A stretch of DNA of 64,000 nucleotides from a virus. The translations under genes were made by a program, and so were the position numbers. The stretch's first letter is position 1. Each line of letters opens with the position of its first letter. Positions 9,103 to 18,911 of the stretch are shown one piece after another. The notes under the pieces were generated by a model. The model was not told the origin of the DNA and searched no databases. It saw only the letters and a program-made list of their open reading frames with translations. The stretch spans positions 42,883-106,882 of the IMG/VR virus record IMGVR_UViG_3300046804_001245. One strand, written 5' to 3'.

Positions 9103-10254
9103 ATGAAATCATTTAAGAAAATAGCTCTCGCCATGGTTGCAGCCATGACACTGGGCACCCTTGGAGTGGCACCTGCAAATGCCGCCCCTATGACAGTTGC
9201 TTTGACTGTTAATGGTAGCGCCCCTGCAACAGCGGGAACAGCCACAACAACTGCTGTGGAGCTTCCAGTTCCATCAGATAATTCTGTTGATGCTGCTGAT
9301 GCTCTAAAGTTTGTAGTTACAGTAGATACAGGTACAGCCGTTGCGGTTTCTGCAACAAATGCCTCTATCGTACTCGCAACAGCAACTGCTGCTGCTCCAG
9401 TAACTGCTGCTAGTGGATCTGCTTCAACAACAATTGCAACTGGAACAGGAACAACTGCTACATTCTTTGTTTTTACAAAGACCACCGCAGTAGGAACTGT
9501 TTCCATTACAAACCAAGGTGAAACTAAGGTTTATTATGTACAAGGTGCAGTCGGAAAGATCAATGATATTTCAGTATCTGGTCTTGACGTCGGTGCTTCT
9601 GGTACACAGGTGACGCTAACAGTTACCGCTAAGGATGTATTCGGTAATAAGGTTTCTGGAAAGTCAATTACAGCAGTAGTTGCTAACGGAACTCTTGATA
9701 CGACAACTGCCACAACTGGCACTGGTCTAGCAGACTTTGGTGCCCGTGATTTTAAGGTTACACTTCCAACCAATGGTTCGGCTGCTGTAATTTTTTCAGT
9801 CACAAACTCTGCTGATTTGGCAACTGCTGTAACTGGTTTTAATACCGTTACTTCATCTGTTGCAAAGAATATTGCAGTTCGTGACCTTGCTGCAGAACTT
9901 ACTGCTGCGCTTGCTGCCAAGGCTACTGCTGAGGCTGCTTTAGCAACAGAGAAGTCTGCTCGTGCTGCCGACGCTGCTGCTGCTGCAACTGCTGCTGCAA
10001 CTGCCAAGGCTACTGCTGATGCAGAAATTGCAACACTTAAGGCAGAGGTTGCAACACTTAAGGCTAATGCAGTAACCGCTAAGCTTGCTGCTGATAAAGC
10101 CCTATCCGATGCCGTTGCTGCTAAAGATGCTGAAATTGCAAAATTAAAAGCAGATAACTCTGCTGCTCTTGATGCAATTAAAAAGGCATTCAATGCACTT
10201 GCTGCAAAATGGAATAAGGCTAATCCAAAAGCCAAGGTTGCTCTCGTAAAGTAA
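9103..10254 (+). CDS. Secreted Ala/Thr-rich surface protein (Ig-like beta domains plus C-terminal coiled coil)
   Basis: Sec signal ending in ANA, KDVFGN Ig-like motif, Ala-rich helix, AAGGAG RBS, own terminator. Confidence 0.75.
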   Translation: MKSFKKIALAMVAAMTLGTLGVAPANAAPMTVALTVNGSAPATAGTATTTAVELPVPSDNSVDAADALKFVVTVDTGTAVAVSATNASIVLATATAAAPVTAASGSASTTIATGTGTTATFFVFTKTTAVGTVSITNQGETKVYYVQGAVGKINDISVSGLDVGASGTQVTLTVTAKDVFGNKVSGKSITAVVANGTLDTTTATTGTGLADFGARDFKVTLPTNGSAAVIFSVTNSADLATAVTGFNTVTSSVAKNIAVRDLAAELTAALAAKATAEAALATEKSARAADAAAAATAAATAKATADAEIATLKAEVATLKANAVTAKLAADKALSDAVAAKDAEIAKLKADNSAALDAIKKAFNALAAKWNKANPKAKVALVK

Positions 10255-10268
10255 TCTAATTAAATACT

Positions 10269-10300
10269 GGGGCAGGACTGAGGTCTTGCCCCTTTATTTT
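10269..10300 (+). terminator. Intrinsic terminator
   Basis: GGGGCAGGAC-TGAG-GTCTTGCCCC hairpin followed by TTTATTTT. Confidence 0.8.
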
Positions 10301-10448
10301 ATAAATGATAGAATAATATGGTGGAAGAATACTTACAAGAAAAAGTCCGACGGGACATAATAAAAGAAATAAGTAATCTTGAACTTCCAAATGAATGGAA
10401 GCCACAACAAGTGATTGATTATATAATCAGAAAGATAAATAAAAAATA

Positions 10449-10649
10449 ATGTGGAATAAAATAAAGAATTGGCTACTTCCAAAAGAGGAAGAGTTTAAAT
10501 ATAATGTATTAGTTCAGGCTGAACCTGAAAGAAAGGTGGTAGTCGTGAAGAAAGCAGCAGCAAAGAAGCCAGCAGCAAAGAAGAAGGCTCCTGCAAAGAA
10601 GTCTCCTGCAAAGAAGACTGTAAAGAAGTCAACCCCAAAGAAGAAGTAA
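10449..10649 (+). CDS. Small protein with Lys/Ala/Pro-rich histone-H1-like tail
   Basis: KKAAAKKPAAKKKAPAKKSPAKK. Confidence 0.7.
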   Translation: MWNKIKNWLLPKEEEFKYNVLVQAEPERKVVVVKKAAAKKPAAKKKAPAKKSPAKKTVKKSTPKKK

Positions 10650-11216
10650 ATGGGAAAGCACCACGATAAAATAGCGGCATCTCTAGAAATACGCCGTAGG
10701 AATCATAAGGGTCCAGGCGGTAAAGTCCCAGGCTCTATGAATAAAAAGAAGACTGGATATAACCGTGTAAAGGCTAAGAGATCATAGCAATGGAATATGT
10801 AGAGATCTGTGAATTGAAGGGTTGTGAAAACGAGGCAACTCGCATCAGCAGCACAGAAACTAAATATATTTTGATTTGTGACGACTGTTGGCATGAATTG
10901 TATAAGAAATGATAGATAAAATATCGAATATGATCTGGAGGGCTGTAGAAAAACTCTATAGCCTCCCAGACGACCTCTTCGACTTTGAAGATGACGAAAA
11001 TGATATAATAGATGAATGAGCGGATTTCTAGACCCGCTTAAATACAACCTATAGGAGATATAAAAATGTCAGACGGAATGAATATGACTGGTTTTAACCA
11101 GACAGGAGAGCAATCAGGATCGAATAATATCGATGCCAAGTACGCTCCAAACCCAGCTTCAGCTTTTCCAGCTAAAGATGTATCAAACCAAGCAACAGCA
11201 CAAGGCCCAAAGTAAT

Positions 11217-12252
11217 ATGTGCGTTGAATGTGGATGCGAAAACGTCGGTAGCCAAACAGGAATGGCAAAGATTCCTGGCGGTATGCTAGATGTTACAAGG
11301 GATGGAGAAGCAGGTCTTACCCTAAATATGACTGCAACCCCAGAACAAAGAGAAAGATTTATTAATGAATAATGGTACAGGAATGGAGACTCCTCCAAAC
11401 AGCCAACCATCAGGTGCTGTAACTTCTCAAGAAGCAACGAGGAAAAATCCAAGTCAAGGTAGATTTAAGTCTGGAATCCAGGATAAGAGAACTATGAAAA
11501 TAGATCGCAATCGTCATGGTATCCGCAGAGAAACTACCGTAGGTCCGAAGAAAAGCAGACCTAAGAAAGTATAAAGGATTCCCCCGCTAATGGCCTTTGG
11601 TTGTGGTGGGGGAACTTATTATGTGTAAAGAATGTGGTAATTGTAGCAAAGAGCACGATAAAACAATCGATGACTCTATAGATGTAACGGAAGCGTTAGG
11701 TTTATAATGGATTTGCAGGCGGCAGAAACAGCTCACAAAAGAGATGATAAGGCGGAAGTAAAAAAGGATTGGGCATGTCCTTGTAATGGATGTGCAAAGG
11801 CGGTAAAGCAAGAGCGGAAAAGAATATTAGATGAACTTGATAAAATAGATACAGTTAAACTTAATGGATTAGGAATGAAGATCCTAGTTCAAGAAATGCT
11901 TACCGCAGGGAATAAAAAGAAATGAAAAAATATCTATTTAGATGTAAGACATGCAATACTATTATGTCCATTGAAACAGAGCTTGAAGATAGCAAAATTC
12001 ATTTAGTTCCACCATGTCCATGCGGAAAGTCAAGAATGGACTGGCTGGGCTCGGATGCATACAAATACGGCGTGTAGACACGTCTACGAAATTATAGGAG
12101 AGCCTATCTGCCCAGATTGCGGTAGAGATACTCACGAGACAGATGGGGCCCTCCACGCCCGTTTATTCAAGGAGTACTACGACTCAGACGCACCTAAAGC
12201 CTACAAATGCCCAATAGAAGGCGGCACAATACGTGGCTGGTGGTCTATTTAA
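11217..12252 (+). CDS. Cluster of small hypothetical genes, several with CxxC (11217-11372, 11365-11574, 11707-11925, 12055-12252)
   Basis: Short + strand ORFs: MCVECGC..., WACPCNGC, CPDCG. Confidence 0.55.
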
Positions 12253-12332
12253 CTATTGACCTATCCTAATATATATTATATACTACTCAATACGCTCAAA
12301 AGTGAAGCGGCAAGTGCGGCGAAAGAGAGAAC

Positions 12333-12812
12333 ATGTTCGATTATAAATCGGCAATGGAATCGGGCCATGCCTTCAATAAGATCGTCGCTATGCGACTAGA
12401 ATCAGAAGGAATATCGGCGGAAGTTCCAGAGTTCTCATTTGCTCAATCAAAGGAAGAAATAAAGGACTATACTCTCAACGATAAGGATGTAATTGTCGGA
12501 GATAATGTCATTGAGGTCAAGAGTCGTAATCTTTCATTTAGCGATAACCCAGATTCATTTCCATATGATGATTTGATCATAGATACAGTTTCAGGATATG
12601 AGGCAAAAGATCCAAAGCCAATTGCCTATGTTATGGTTAGTCAGGTAACAGGTGGCATGTTTATATTTCCTACAGCCTTTGCCAAATCTTGGCGGGTGGA
12701 GAGAAAATATGACAGATATCGCAAGCATGAGGATAATTTCTATTTAGCTCCAAAAGAATTGGCTAGGCCTTTTAGTCAACTAGTAAATAAATTAAGGGAT
12801 ACAAATGTCTAA
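12333..12812 (+). CDS. PD-(D/E)xK nuclease-like protein
   Basis: KDVIVGDNVIEVKSR core; upstream TTGACC-N17-TATACT promoter. Confidence 0.6.
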   Translation: MFDYKSAMESGHAFNKIVAMRLESEGISAEVPEFSFAQSKEEIKDYTLNDKDVIVGDNVIEVKSRNLSFSDNPDSFPYDDLIIDTVSGYEAKDPKPIAYVMVSQVTGGMFIFPTAFAKSWRVERKYDRYRKHEDNFYLAPKELARPFSQLVNKLRDTNV

Positions 12813-12935
12813 GTGGATGTGGTATGACTTTTTCGGACGAGAATGGCAGGGATTTTGCGCTTCCTGTCGTAAAGAGCTTTTTGCGCCCACTAGGGCAGAT
12901 TTTATAACCAATCGGTTATATCATACGAGAAATGA

Positions 12936-13343
12936 ATGTGGAGGCGGATATTGAGAAACTTTCTTGATGATTCGATTGTAGAGCATAAATCAAGACCACC
13001 TTTGCGATGGATCGCAAATTGGGCGGGATCAATAGCGTCCAAGAATATGCTAGAGCTATCCTATATGGAAGATGAAGGCTTAGATAAAGGATTTAGATAT
13101 AAGTATTATGGATGGCTATGGGATACATTCTGGCCAATCTACAGCAAATACGGAACCTTCTATAGGTTAAATATGGACATGTCTGGTCCTGGCTGGGATG
13201 ACTATGATGAGAATGGAGTTCCATACTGGGAAAAGACTGGGACGGTAGACCCAGATTATGACTATGATGAATTTCACTGGGACTATATCGATGAAGAGAC
13301 AGGCGATGCATTTAAGGTAATAAATTTTGGCGGGAAAGAATGA
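12936..13343 (+). CDS. Hypothetical protein
   Basis: 135-aa aromatic/acidic ORF; start uncertain. Confidence 0.55.
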   Translation: MWRRILRNFLDDSIVEHKSRPPLRWIANWAGSIASKNMLELSYMEDEGLDKGFRYKYYGWLWDTFWPIYSKYGTFYRLNMDMSGPGWDDYDENGVPYWEKTGTVDPDYDYDEFHWDYIDEETGDAFKVINFGGKE

Positions 13344-13404
13344 AATACGCCCTATTAATCCTCCTAGCTATATTCATTATCCTTAATTACTTTGCATGGC
13401 TACA

Positions 13405-13686
13405 ACAATGAGTTATCCATTACCCAAAGATCCCCAAATTGCTGCTTACTTACAGCATCTGAAAGAGAGAGATATTAAGCAGGCTTCAGTATGTGAATAT
13501 TGTAAATCTCAGTCAACTGGAATAAATTCGGACGGGTACAGAATAATCTTCGTCTGTAATAATCACTATATACCAGATAACCCTAATGTAGTACATAGAG
13601 TATATCCACAGGGTTTGCCAGTAAATCCAGATATGATGGATCCAAATATAGGTGGTAGCTTTGTCCCAAAAAATTCACCAGAATAA
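13405..13686 (+). CDS. Hypothetical zinc-finger protein
   Basis: CEYC...CNNH; start approximate (track start 13396). Confidence 0.55.
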   Translation, partial: TMSYPLPKDPQIAAYLQHLKERDIKQASVCEYCKSQSTGINSDGYRIIFVCNNHYIPDNPNVVHRVYPQGLPVNPDMMDPNIGGSFVPKNSPE

Positions 13687-13750
13687 GACCTAACATCTCC
13701 TATTCCCCCCACCTTTTCAGAGCCTATAAAGGCTATTCTAGCCCTTTTAT

Positions 13751-13790
13751 AGTGGTGTATAGTGGAGCATTGTGGAGCAAAGTGGTTATC
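13751..13790. repeat. Four GTGG(A/T)-core repeats with exact 10-bp period (MraZ-box-like)
   Basis: agtggtgtat agtggagcat tgtggagcaa agtggttatc in a non-coding region. Confidence 0.7.
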
Positions 13791-14148
13791 ATATAATAAC
13801 GAAATGTTATTGTATTATATTTAAATTGATATATGAGTAATTGAACCCCATTTATCATATGGTCGTAATGTTGTCAATAGCGCATATGTTCCAGGATTTG
13901 TCAATAGCTCTCGTAAATAGGCGATTTCGCCCACAAATACGAGATAAATTTTGACAGATTTTGGATTAAATTGGATCTATTTTGATCTATTATTATAACA
14001 TTTTGTTATATTCTTTGAGATATTGATCAAACTTTGAGGGATTTTCTACATGTTCTCGTAAAAGCGCATTCTTGCCCGCTTTTATTTAACACAAAAGGGG
14101 CAAATCGGACATATAGTCCAATTCACCCCAATGGTGTATTATGTTTAT

Positions 14149-14367
14149 TTAGTTGCGATATTGCGCTGTATGAGTTTCACGATGTAATTCATTTTCTTTA
14201 TCGTGATATTTCTTGATATAACTAATTAGTTCAATTAGTCTTGCTTGTGTATATGGTGGATATGTTGTTGTTATGATATTAGCAAATAATGCTGGATGAA
14301 AATGGTGGTCATTTAGGATTTCTTCTAATTGGTCGATTACTTTGTCTACTTTTGTCCGCCGTCTCAT
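14149..14367 (-). CDS. Hypothetical protein (last gene of the island)
   Basis: GAAAGGCGGA RBS; variant promoter AGTCAG-N10-TATACT at 14392-14413. Confidence 0.7.
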   Translation of the reverse strand: MRRRTKVDKVIDQLEEILNDHHFHPALFANIITTTYPPYTQARLIELISYIKKYHDKENELHRETHTAQYRN

Positions 14368-14441
14368 TGTTCCGCCTTTCTATTTTGTGAGAGTATATCA
14401 TAAAGGGCTGACTTGCGCCAGCCCTTGTCTGATCTATTTAT

Positions 14442-14588
14442 TTAGTTCTTTGCTTGCTTGGTCTCAGCAGAAAACTTTACGCCATTCTTTTCCGCCTCTG
14501 ACAGGGCCTGCTTAGCTGCAGCTGAGAAACGGCCACGGCGGCCAACAGTAATTCCCTTGCTTGCTAGATATTCACGCTTTGTTGTCAT
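14442..14588 (-). CDS. Stand-alone Lsr2-like DNA-binding domain, 48 aa (not in ORF track)
   Basis: MTTKREYLASKGITVGRRGRFSAAAKQALSEAEKNGVKFSAETKQAKN; the RE...G..V..RGR pattern matches the Lsr2 C-terminal AT-hook-like domain; GAAAGGA RBS. Confidence 0.7.
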   Translation of the reverse strand: MTTKREYLASKGITVGRRGRFSAAAKQALSEAEKNGVKFSAETKQAKN

Positions 14589-14685
14589 TTTGTCTATCCT
14601 TTCATGATAGGTATATATTTTATCAGGTATCCACGAATTTGTAAATACCCCCGTAAAAGGGCCTTTGGCCCCGCATTCTCGCAGC

Positions 14686-16116
14686 CTAGTCGGATATGTC
14701 CGATTTGTCCACTACGATAATATCATTAGACATGGATGGATATCCATCTTCTAACAAATCTGTTGTATCTCCTTCAAGCTCGTTATCTACATAATGAACC
14801 TGAATTGTAGAATCAGTTTCTATTTGGATCCAAGAATGTGTTGCGGCATTGGAGGCAATATCCCATGCCTCCTCCGCATTTGCCGCTTCCACATCAATAT
14901 AGTATTCAATTAGTTTATCTCCGAAGACTCTATGCTTGCTCATTTAGCCACCCGTCCTCATCCAGGGATACAAGGAAGTCGTTATCCCTCATCCAATCTC
15001 TGATTACCTCTTCCAGGATTTCGCCGCCGTGGTCCATATTAATACCAAGACCGTCGACATCATCCCAGAACTTATCCCAGATTTGTTTAAGAGTTACGCC
15101 AGTTGGCACAGCCTCGTCAACATAGTCATTAACAGCAAGGTCTTCATACTTACAATTGTCGTAGATGTCCTTGATTATATCAAATGTCCATGCCCACAAC
15201 AATGAGGGAAATGCGGCAACATCAGACAATAATCTGTTAATCTCCAGCATTTGATTGTATACGTCGTCCCTACGTGTTTGGTCCTGTAGATCTAATTGTG
15301 CTTTATGCACATCTAATGATTCAATTTGCATTCTTGGTCCTTTCGTTAATTGCAAATGCTAATGCATATGTCATTTGGTAAATATGTGTGAGAGCGTCCA
15401 TTTGGCCCTCCCAGTATTTCCGCTCCATAGATTCCATGGCGTCGGAATAATCATTCTCTTCCTCAATACGCTGTGCTTCCTCCAGTTCACGCTCTGCGTC
15501 TAGCATGAGGACCTTTAGGTGCCCGTGCAAGATATCGGTGCCAGAAGACCCAGCGTCGACCTGCTTCTGCAGATATGGGTCCAGTTCTAATGTGTTCATA
15601 GTATTTCCTCCACGTATTCAAGGATGTGAATTGTAGCAGAAACTTGGCCGCTTGTATAGTTATACTCAAAGTCTAATTCAGCATAATCTTTTGAGGCGGG
15701 GTCCAAGGAATCCATACGAGTAGACAACTGAGACAAATCCTCATTCAAAGATTGTATATGTAATTGAAGATAAGTAACTAATTGGGTCTTCCTATTTATA
15801 TATTCAGTTTCCATTTCTCTCCTCTATACATTTAAAACAAATCTCTTTGTTGTTTACCGATACGGTAATTACTTTATAGTCATAACAGATATTACACATT
15901 GAAGTAGAATTCATCTCCCTCATTTAAATTATAAAACTCATTGAATTTATTCTTCAGCAAAGGGTCATCATACAATTGGATTAATTTCCAATCTGCATAC
16001 ATGGTTCCCTCATCTAAATTGGACTGATTAAATTGGTCAAACAGTTCCATTGCTACAGCATGAATAATTTCACCTGTATCTGCTTCAGTCATATCGTCAA
16101 ATACCGAGTGTTGCAT
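14686..16116 (-). CDS. Operon of small acidic hypothetical proteins (14686-14943, 14930-~15330, 15321-15599, 15596-15814, 15892-16116)
   Basis: Overlapping - strand ORFs with RBS motifs. Confidence 0.7.
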
Positions 16117-16889
16117 TATGCTTTCTCCATTCTATATTCAGGTACGTGGTCGGAATCCAAGTATACTTTATGGGTCTGACATTCTTTGACATTATCTAGG
16201 TCTGCCTCCCCAAGCCAATTACAAGCAGAGCAGATTTCTCCACAATCATTATCGCAATATTCCATTGTATTATCTGAATCACAATCACGACATTTGTTCT
16301 CATACTCTGAGATAGATATAACTTCTCCACGAAGTAATTCCATTTCTCCGCCCCAACCTGTTTCTTCCTCATAAGATAGAGTTAGCAATAAACTAGGATA
16401 TTGTGCAGATAATTTTTGGAGGGCAGGAACAGGAGGAGACCAAGCAGTATTAAAGTTATAATAAACTACTAAGTTCTCTCCATTTTCAGTAGGCCCTTCC
16501 ATATATGTATCTGAATATTCTTTATTATCAGATATAGCCACATCCCATTTTGTTCCCCAATTAGTTATATTCCATGAATACCAAGACTTATCTTCTAATC
16601 TAAGTTTTTCAGTATCATTCCACCAATTAGGGTCAGATACATCTAATTCAGAACGAGTTGGTTGTGCAACATATTCTAAATCAGTTATACCTGCTTGGCG
16701 GTGGTTATAGATATTATAAAAAGCAAAGACAGGATTAGGATATGTAGTCTGAGATACTTCCATATTTCCAGTAGTTTTATTCCATGAATCATGTAACATG
16801 ACGAATGGTTTATTCATTTGTTTTACAAGGTCATTTACCAATTCAGGAGAACCTTCAATTGTAAGACCGTTATAGCACCAATTTGGCAT
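16116..16889 (-). CDS. DUF1281/YubB ferredoxin-like domain protein
   Basis: MPNWCYN..., WYSWNITNWGTKWD, FNTAWSPP and YEE motifs; start moved to follow the CGAAAGGAA RBS. Confidence 0.75.
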   Translation of the reverse strand: MPNWCYNGLTIEGSPELVNDLVKQMNKPFVMLHDSWNKTTGNMEVSQTTYPNPVFAFYNIYNHRQAGITDLEYVAQPTRSELDVSDPNWWNDTEKLRLEDKSWYSWNITNWGTKWDVAISDNKEYSDTYMEGPTENGENLVVYYNFNTAWSPPVPALQKLSAQYPSLLLTLSYEEETGWGGEMELLRGEVISISEYENKCRDCDSDNTMEYCDNDCGEICSACNWLGEADLDNVKECQTHKVYLDSDHVPEYRMEKA

Positions 16890-17020
16890 TATATATTCCT
16901 TTCGTTCGGTTGAATGGTCCAATTATACAATGCCCCACCGACATTTGACAATATCCCCCAAGTTTCGGGAAATTACATTAGATCTCGTAACAGAGCTATA
17001 TGGTCCTCAGGCATGCGGGC

Positions 17021-17165
17021 AAAAGCAAATCCCCCAGGAACCAACTGGGGGATATTGACACGTAGGGCTGCTAGTCAAACGAAAGGAATTAAGTAAACAC
17101 TGCTTTACTTAGCGACTTGGGGAATCCCTATAGCCGCACCCTACATTTAAATGGGCCTAAGCCGT
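17021..17165 (-). ncRNA. Candidate ~145-nt structured small RNA with anti-RBS segment
   Basis: TATAAT at 17172-17177; helices GTAGGG/CCCTAC and TAAGTAAA/TTTACTTA; 3' terminator ATCCCCCAG/CTGGGGGAT-TTGCTTTT; no convincing ORF. Confidence 0.6.
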
Positions 17166-17172
17166 AGATTAA

Positions 17173-17577
17173 TTATACCAGAAGAGGGACGTCGGTATAT
17201 TTCTCTACGAATGTGCGTAGGTCCATTACGAAGAGGGGCTCATTGCTCATACCACGAACCTTGTTGTCCAAGTTATAGAATGAATCCTCTGTATGAAGAC
17301 TAAAAGTCATTTGTGTAAAGTCGACGATAGCAATCTTGTGCTCGTTATCGCCAATCTCATTTACATGCAGGCCCCATCCAGTCTCCATAGACCAACCGTC
17401 GCCAATCATATGACTGATTGCGATACGTGTTGCATATGAAGGGTCCGACCAACGAGGCTGTGCTTTTGCAACCGCCTCTGCTAAATTGGCAAGCATGTTG
17501 TGGCCCGCCCAGTGTCCATACAGTACAATTGTGTTACCGTTCGGCTGTACAAATCCGAAGTTTGCTCTGTCACCCAT
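17173..17577 (-). CDS. Hypothetical phage protein
   Basis: MGDRANF...LYGHWAG; RBS present. Confidence 0.75.
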   Translation of the reverse strand: MGDRANFGFVQPNGNTIVLYGHWAGHNMLANLAEAVAKAQPRWSDPSYATRIAISHMIGDGWSMETGWGLHVNEIGDNEHKIAIVDFTQMTFSLHTEDSFYNLDNKVRGMSNEPLFVMDLRTFVEKYTDVPLLV

Positions 17578-18135
17578 TTATTTCTTCCTTTTCTATTATT
17601 GGTGTTTCTTCTTTACGGTCTAATTCTATAATTTCATAGGCCCACTTGTCAAGGGTCTCTGAATATTTATTTCGGTGGTGGCCACAGAAATACAATTCGC
17701 CATTAGTTCCTCTAGATAGGAATAAGGCTTGAGCTGAGCATGAATCGCATTTAATCCACTCAGAGGTCATTGTTTAATGTACCAAATTCGATTTTGTCTG
17801 CTATATCGTCCATGATTTGGCCTTCCTCGCCTAAAATAGCATCGGCTGCCCATTGACGAATATTGTTAATAATTACTTCACGAGTAAATTTAACACCATC
17901 TTCAAAACCATCTTTGTAGTCCATGTTACCTCCTGTAGCCTGTTGGCTGGTAATCTGTCTCCACTAGTATATCCAATTTATACTTAGATATCAAGGCTGA
18001 AACTTTTTCAATATTTCCCGTCCCAATATCAAATACAGTTGAATCTATCCAATATGGATCTAATCCAGCGAATTCAGCGTCCCAATATGCCGCTTTGAGG
18101 GCGGCAGTATTAGGAGCACGTAGTTGATAATACAT
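17570..18135 (-). CDS. Three small genes (17570-17770 CxxC...CxHH; 17760-17924 not in track; 17926-18135)
   Basis: Coupled - strand ORFs. Confidence 0.65.
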
Positions 18136-18689
18136 TAGTTCCAGTCCTGACTATCAACTAAATCAATATCCCATGAATCTACTTCGGTAGTAAAATCATT
18201 TGAGTCGACTGAAAGATTGTCAGAGAGATGATAACGAATATCAAAGTCATTAACTTCGGTAATATCTACCTCAGTACTTCCTGATACTGTAAGAGTTACA
18301 GTCCAGTTCATTGTTTGTTTTGGCTCATGGTCAAGGATTACACAAAGGTCACGAAGAACCTCTTCCTTGTCGACTGTATCTGAGAACCAACTATCAATAG
18401 TTAAATTATCGATAATCTGACCGATTTGTTTTTCTTGTGATTCAAGACGGGCATCACGATATTGTGCTTTTCTAAACATCTCGCTGATGTCTGCACGATT
18501 TAGAGTCCATTCTCTAAGTTCGCCATTTGGCAAGTGTTCATATGCTTTGATTGTTGGATTAGCGAAGAGCAAATCCTCCAATTCAGTTGCTTTATATAGT
18601 TTATAGATACTGTCATTTGATTCTGGCTGAATTTCACGAACAGTAGTTAATGCATGAGGATTATATGAATCCTGCGATACTATTTCCAT
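18135..18689 (-). CDS. Hypothetical protein
   Basis: Start MEIVSQ follows the AACGAAAGGAA RBS and the promoter at 18717-18738; the longer track start overlaps the tRNA. Confidence 0.7.
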   Translation of the reverse strand: MEIVSQDSYNPHALTTVREIQPESNDSIYKLYKATELEDLLFANPTIKAYEHLPNGELREWTLNRADISEMFRKAQYRDARLESQEKQIGQIIDNLTIDSWFSDTVDKEEVLRDLCVILDHEPKQTMNWTVTLTVSGSTEVDITEVNDFDIRYHLSDNLSVDSNDFTTEVDSWDIDLVDSQDWN

Positions 18690-18804
18690 TTGTTTCCTTT
18701 CGTTGTTATTGACCGTATTATAGCGGACCTGACTGACAAAATCCAGGGGTCCCGCCCCTTTGTCGTAACAATCTTTTTTGGATTTCACGTATGCGGGCGA
18801 GCTG

Positions 18805-18879
18805 CGACCCATACCAGATTTGAACTGGTGATCTCCACCGTGACAAGGTGGCGCTTTAACCATGCTAAGCCAATGGGCC
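18805..18879 (-). tRNA. tRNA-Asp (GTC), CCA not encoded
   Basis: Acceptor GGCCCAT/ATGGGTC-G; anticodon arm CCACC-TTGTCAC-GGTGG; T arm ACCAG-TTCAAAT-CTGGT. Confidence 0.9.
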
Positions 18880-18885
18880 AATAGG

Positions 18886-18903
18886 GGGCCCCTTGCGGGG
18901 CCC
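18886..18903 (-). terminator. GC hairpin between the DUF932 gene and the tRNA
   Basis: GGGCCCC-TTGC-GGGGCCC; may be a processing signal or terminator. Confidence 0.5.
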
Positions 18904-18911
18904 GTCATTCT

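Noticed and set aside
9099-10235. Long antisense ORFs (9099-9506, 9534-10235) and similar ones in Gly-rich and tail genes
   Set aside because: Shadow frames of low-complexity coding sequence with no RBS or motifs.
18690-18908. N-terminal extension of track ORF 18135-18908
   Set aside because: It overlaps tRNA-Asp and the promoter; the RBS supports a start at 18689.
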